A stretch of DNA of 64,000 nt from Antedon mediterranea (lineage: Eukaryota > Animalia > Echinodermata), in the NCBI RefSeq assembly GCF_964355755.1, contig NC_092678.1, positions 21,345,365 through 21,409,364 on the forward strand. Reading direction: 5' to 3'. Position 1 is the stretch's first letter, and the number at the start of each line of letters is the position of its first letter. The notes under the pieces are model-generated. The model worked only from the letters and a program-made list of their open reading frames with translations. It had not been told where the DNA came from and made no database searches. Positions 58,071 to 64,000 of the stretch are shown here, piece after piece. The translations under genes were made by a program, and so were the position numbers.

Positions 58071-58444
58071 AGTACAGTACTTTTGCTTGTACAGTACTTT
58101 TGCTTGTACAGTACTTTTGCTAGTACAGTACTTTTGCTTGTACAGTACTTTTGCTAGTACAGTACTTTTGCTTGTACAGTACTTTTGCTTGTACAGTACT
58201 TTTGCTTGTACAGTACTTTTGCTAGTACAGTACTTTTGCTTGTACAGTACTTTTGCTAGTACAGTACTTTTGCTTGTACAGTACTTTTGCTTGTACAGTA
58301 CTTTTGCTAGTACAGTACTTTTGCTAGTACAGTACTTTTGCTAGTACAGTACTTTTGCTTGTACAGTACTTTTGCTTGTACAGTACTTTTGCTTGTACAG
58401 TACTTTTGCTAGTACAGTACTTTTGCTTGTACAGTAATTTTGCT
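58071..58444. repeat. 17-bp minisatellite, 22 copies
   Basis: Unit (A/T)GTACAGTACTTTTGCT. Confidence 0.97.
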
Positions 58445-58671
58445 TTGCGTAGAGTTGTCGGTAGATATGTGGTGGTTGGGGTAATGGTGTAGTTGAACAA
58501 CTTCAGTGGCGGATCCAGAATTCTCGTATCATTTGCATTGTAATTTTCAAAATTTAGGGAATTTACCCAAATGAACTAAATAGATACTATAGAGAACATA
58601 CAAGTTTTGAACCAACAAGTGTTTGAAATTTGTATAATTTGCGTTTTCTCTTCTTACTGAACCACACCTTC

Positions 58672-58763
58672 CTTATGGTAGTAATACAGTATGACATCAT
58701 CATGTCCATATATGGGCACATCACATTATTTTTGTCACATAAAGTTTGATATTGTAGAGCTTA
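58672..58763. mobile_element. MITE family A, right half
   Basis: ATGACATCATCATGTCCATATATGGGCACATCACA...AAGTTTGATATTGTAGAGCTTAA. Confidence 0.7.
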
Positions 58764-61700
58764 ACTGCGATTTAACTCTGATAGAGAAAAGAGTTTATAA
58801 ATATAGCTTCTAAAATATGTCAATAAACATCATTGTATGTAGTATTTGGATTGTTATTGAATTGTATATAAGAATTATTCAAAACTAATTTTGTAAATAT
58901 ATTTGGAATTATACGGCTCTTTGAATTATAGTCACCTTTGGTTTCCTGACTTGTTTTAATATCGGTTCTTCAAGTGGTCAAATATATAAATGAAATGATT
59001 CAAGAATGGCCTTTTACAACTGTTTAGTCCTAGTAAAAACATCAGCCCGGGATCTTAGCCTTCCTATAGAATCTTAAAGGGCCTTTAAGATGTTATAGGA
59101 TCCTACAGGCTGCCTAGATATAGAATCTTATAGGCTGCTTTGGTAGCCTATAACCATAGGATCATCTACACCTTTATACACAACAATAGTCAAAATATAG
59201 ACAGTGTAATAAACAATAACAACAGCCCGTTATTTTAACCTTTGACATATATCAATTTTTCATAATCAATGATGGTGATTGTTAAAGTTGATTTCTGCAA
59301 ACAAGCATAAAGTGTAATTAGTTGCTAGACATCACAGCTAATTTACTGGCAACATTATTTAAACACATGGTGTAGTGTTTCGCATTATATAATATGCACA
59401 ACTCTCACAAGTTGTATCCCACCAATTTACTACACAGACAATCAATAAGGTAATAAAAATATAGAATCTATGTTATTCCTTATGACCATTTACAAACAAC
59501 GCAGATAGATACAGATTCTATATGGGACAACACAGTTTTCTGATTACCGTTACCGCTAGTCTGTGTCTGTGACTATATATAGTCTTTAATTTATGCTTCA
59601 TTACAGTAAATAAATAAAATAAATGATAAATTCTCTTATTATGCCTTGGAATGTAACTTTAAATTATCCTTAAATAAACGTTCCTGTCGAATAAAAGATG
59701 CCTTCGAATAAAAGATGCCTTAAAATTAGCTATCCTTAAATTAATTAAAATCACACATAAGAAATACTTTAAATTTGATTGATTTATTGTTTAATGTGTA
59801 GTATGTTCACATTAAAATAGTGAAAGTTAAAAGCAGGCATAAAGAATGTTATATGAGCATACTTTCACATTCTCGTCGCGTACTAAATACGCATGTAAAC
59901 ATTGTGAGTGTCAAGTATGCGTTTAAAGGGTATTGCACGATAATTATTTATCGTGTATCATACTCGAATTGAACAATAAATTTAGCATGATGCCTCTTAA
60001 AGTAGTTCACATAATGATAGTTTATACTAACGTCTGATTGACATCAATCAATGGGAAATTAGAATAATTAGTTTCTAAAGCAACCTAGTTTAACCACAAT
60101 AAAAAGTAACATCATAGTTTCGCTCCCGGTCATCTTTTCTTACATCCCAACCTTTCCCAATCATAAATAGCTGAAAAATAAAAGTAAGTCTTCGTGCCTA
60201 GCTTACCTGGATAAACCGACAATTGCTCATCTCTCCAGAGGGAGGGCTTAGACGTTCCCACGTGGGGCATGGTTGCGATCTAGTCTACTACTGTATGGTG
60301 CAGGGGTGTTCTAGGAACTTTTAACTAAAGTGTCCCCTTAATAGAGGTGTCCCCTCAATAAAGGATCTATTATAGACCTATAGGCCTACTATTTTTTAAT
60401 AGTTTTCCATAGTATTGCTTGATATTTGTTCTGTATTTGAAAAACTACTGTATATTTGGGCATATTATTACTGCCATATTTGGGTACAACATCCTTTTTT
60501 GTCAAACTAGTTGGATAGTGTAAACTCTATTGGAGTTAATTTCAACAAACTACTGTATAGTAAAAATAGTTTTATACTATATTATATAGGTTTTCCTTTA
60601 AAAATATTTTCAAGACAACTTATCTTCTACTTTGCAATTCGTTATTTTTATATTTTTATGGAGACTAGTATTACCATAATAAATCAATGTCTGACTAATG
60701 AAAGGAATCCTATACTTTAACATAACCTAAATAATTGCTGTGATTACATGCATCGTAATGAAGAATATAGCATATGTGATTGCATGTATACAGCAATATG
60801 AAATAGAGTGATCATATATTGGAATTTATACTGTAACTATAGTAAATGATATGACGGTAAAGGACAGAATAGTTGATTGATGTTGAAAATATGATTATGA
60901 TGAAAATGATGATTAAATGCGATTGCGCGTCTTCAGTAATATAAAATTTGAGTGATCATTTTATTGAATATTAAGTTATAATAATGTTGATATAAAGTTT
61001 AAGGACAGCATAAGTGATTAATATTAAAAATGCGAATTTATTTTTATTTTATTCAATTTAGATAAGATGGTAGTAGAAAACAGTACCGGTATATTATAAT
61101 AATGTAAATTATTTTGTCAAAAATTAACACTAAAACAATATAGAACTCCTGATATACAGTAGAACAACTCCTTCAAATTATCCCTTAAAATTATACACCC
61201 ATATTCCCCTTTAATACAACTATAAGAACTTTAAAAATGTGTTAAACAATTGTTTAAAAAAAATGACATGGTACAAAATTTGTTTGACAAATGTAAGGAT
61301 TTGGATAAAATCTGTTCCATCATCCCAGTAATTATTGACAAAACAACTCAACTAATTATAATATATTATATTTTAAGACACAGCGACAGTACATCTGTAA
61401 TGATATGTATGTTGTAAGCACAACTAGAAATTGGCCAGTAAATTGCATTTGTTTCTGATGCACTCATTCAATTATTTTGTTCCATAAAAACTCGCAGCAA
61501 ACATAATTTGGTTTAAAAAATGCAATTTAGTTTTGTACAAAAATGAAATTTGACACTGGAAATGAGTATTTATTTTAAATTATACTTTACATTAATAGTT
61601 CTTAGAACATTTTACATCTGATCTTTAAAAAAAAATAAAATTTCAGAACGGAAGTGAATTTTATTTAAAATTAATGATATCCATCAAAATACCAACAGAA

Positions 61701-61864
61701 AAATGTTACTAAAATTTCATTTTTTAGCTAAAATGACAAATCAGAAATATTACTTCATTGCAATGCGCCTTTTTTAGAAAATGTATAAAACCTTGCTATT
61801 AATTCTGTTCTGTTTTAAAATTTAAATTACAAATCTCAAATCTATTTGAACTACAGTAGATTAA

Positions 61865-61990
61865 AGCTTGGTTCCCATTAGGACGCAATGCAAGGACTTG
61901 ACTTGACCAATGGCAATCGACAGTTTGAATAATCCATTGCTTGTGATTGGTCAAATTACTTGCGTTGCACCCTAGTGTGAACCACACTTG
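61865..61990. mobile_element. Degenerate MITE family B copy
   Basis: AGCTTGGTTCCCATTAG ... CTAGTGTGAACCACACT, alignable to 18991-19169. Confidence 0.75.
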
Positions 61991-64000
61991 AAGAGATTTT
62001 TTACCGCCAAAAGTTGACATTTCCACTGCAATATTTTCAAACCCTTCCATTTTTTAGTGAAGTTTTCCACATTATCCATCTCTCCCATTTCTTTTCTCAC
62101 AACCTACCTATTGTAGCATAACTATGACAACATATTGTTGACAATATAGAATATATTTTCAAAGCTAGAATTTGCTATACTGAAAATCAAAAATTGTTTC
62201 AAGCCATAAGCATGGAATGTACGTCACTTAAGCCAACTAAAGAATTTAATCAAAATATTTCACAAAAGATAACATGTGTATGATGTTTTAATTAACTAAT
62301 CAATATTTCACATGAAATTCATGGTAGATGTTACCTGCAATATAAATAGGATATAAGAAGAATCAATGACATTTGGTATACTAGCCTGCAGCATATTGAC
62401 TTTGCATGTAATAACACATGGGTTACTTTAGGTAGGCTTATTCAGGATTTACTCCTGCAAACTTATTTCAGGGCTAAAAATAGACGAAGGTGCATTGATA
62501 TGCTATACAGTACTTTTCACTTATGCTGTACTATAATCAAGCTATACAAAATTCATCTCTGAAACTCATCTTTTAATTTGCTTTTTATTTTATTGCAAAA
62601 CTTTTTGCCAATAACTGGAAAGTTAACATAATTTTCTAATAGTTTTAGATCTTTTTGTAAAATAACATGTTGAACATTACAACATGATAGAACATACAGT
62701 ACAGGTAGCTTCAGCACTTCATTTTACTTGAGCTACAGTATCTGTAGTTGTCATTTTTTGCCATACAGTATAATTTATTTTATCGATAGACTAGTTCTGT
62801 CAATTTAGCCTATACATATTTTGTAGAATTAATAAATTACTAAAATTTTAACTTTACTGTAAATTGAATAGTGGGTTGCTCAATGTAATACATTTTGCAT
62901 AGTAATTTTGTTTATGAAAGTTTGGCAAACTTTTTTTCTCGTTTCCCTTTTTCTTGTACCTGTGGGAATAAGTAATACCTAGTTTTGGAATGAATATGAA
63001 TATTTTTATTGTCATTGTGAGTTCAAGGATTCTTACAGTAGTTATTTTTAATGTTTGAAGATAATACTGATTGTTAATGTTAGCGAAAAAGTCTGTATTA
63101 TATTACGCTTAAGTTCACTTTTATTGTTACTGATCTTTTGACTCTGTTTTACTTGCCAAATATTAATGAAAACGACAGACAACCCAGTTTTATTGGACAT
63201 TCCCAAACTAAAAAATGTAGGCCTATAGCATTTTTAAGGAGTTTTATATAGTAAAATAAACATGGATATCCTAATACTGTACAGTGATGTAGCCACAAGA
63301 AATTTGGTGTGGTTTTCGCAAGAAAACGAAACATTCTCTATTCAAGGCACTGGGTTGTCAAAGGCCTCTGTGAAAAAAAGTACAACGATAGGCCTATTGG
63401 TGGCTACGGTCCTGTAATATATTTAAGGACACCAATAATAAAGTTATAAGCATCTTATTAAATAGGTCTATCGCAATCAGCACCTGTTTCGTCCAGGCTA
63501 ATGCAGGTAGATAAGTTTACAGCCTATGTGATAGCTTAAAATTAAAATCACGTAATTTTATACTAAAGATATTAATTTGCTGTTTAGTATGCAGACTTAA
63601 TGCTCAGAGCATAATGTGCACAGTGCTATAATATGTTACCACTAGAAAGCTATAAATTTGCTATAAACATATTGTGTTGTTGTTTTTCAATAATATTTTT
63701 CTTTTGATAATATGACGCAAACGTAACAATGTGAGCTAATACTATGATTTCTATTTAATATGGAAATCCCTTTGTGTTTTCATAGATGAATGGCCTTATG
63801 TAAGCCTACCTATCTCAGATTGCTGATATTGTGAAACGGCCGTATATCAATGTCAGTGTCACATACAATCAAAATTGTAACTCTCCTTACAAGATACATA
63901 GTATTAAGATCTGGACTCTTATTTATGAAGTTTAACATCTTTTGAATTTCATTTTCATTTTCAATACAATCTACTATTGTTTTCAGAATAATTGTCATTT

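Noticed and set aside
58042-58344. 100-aa repetitive ORF (VQYFCLYSTFA...)
   Set aside because: Translation artefact of the 17-bp minisatellite.
63810-63998. 62-aa ORF at the window end as a MET Sema exon
   Set aside because: No Sema-like residues, and it ends in a stop at the candidate donor.

Overview
AT-rich, intron-rich animal genomic DNA, probably from a marine invertebrate deuterostome such as an echinoderm (inferred from gene content and repeat style). It holds four spliced protein-coding genes. (1) The 3' 14 coding exons of an SR-protein kinase (SRPK, + strand, 985-21837), including a U12-type minor intron. (2-3) Two complete tandem phosphotriesterase-related (PTER) paralogs (+, 26319-29184 and 30954-34068). 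(4) The 3' part of a MET/RON-family receptor tyrosine kinase (- strand, 51720 down to 35685), whose remaining Sema exons were not found in the window. The most striking object is a full-length, apparently intact L1/Tx1-clade retrotransposon (8637-14675) in an SRPK intron. It sits inside a MITE with a clean target-site duplication, and it carries an unexpected third 263-aa hydrophobic ORF that fills the ORF1-ORF2 spacer and overlaps the ORF2 start. Other notable points: duplicated splice sites at three MET exon boundaries, a MET juxtamembrane micro-exon with a dileucine motif, patchy gene conversion between the PTER copies, an L2 tail supplying a PTER splice acceptor, a 3.3-kb Academ-like element nested in another repeat, about 19 copies of one MITE family, and several young minisatellites. 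All calls come from reading the sequence by eye; no database searches were run.
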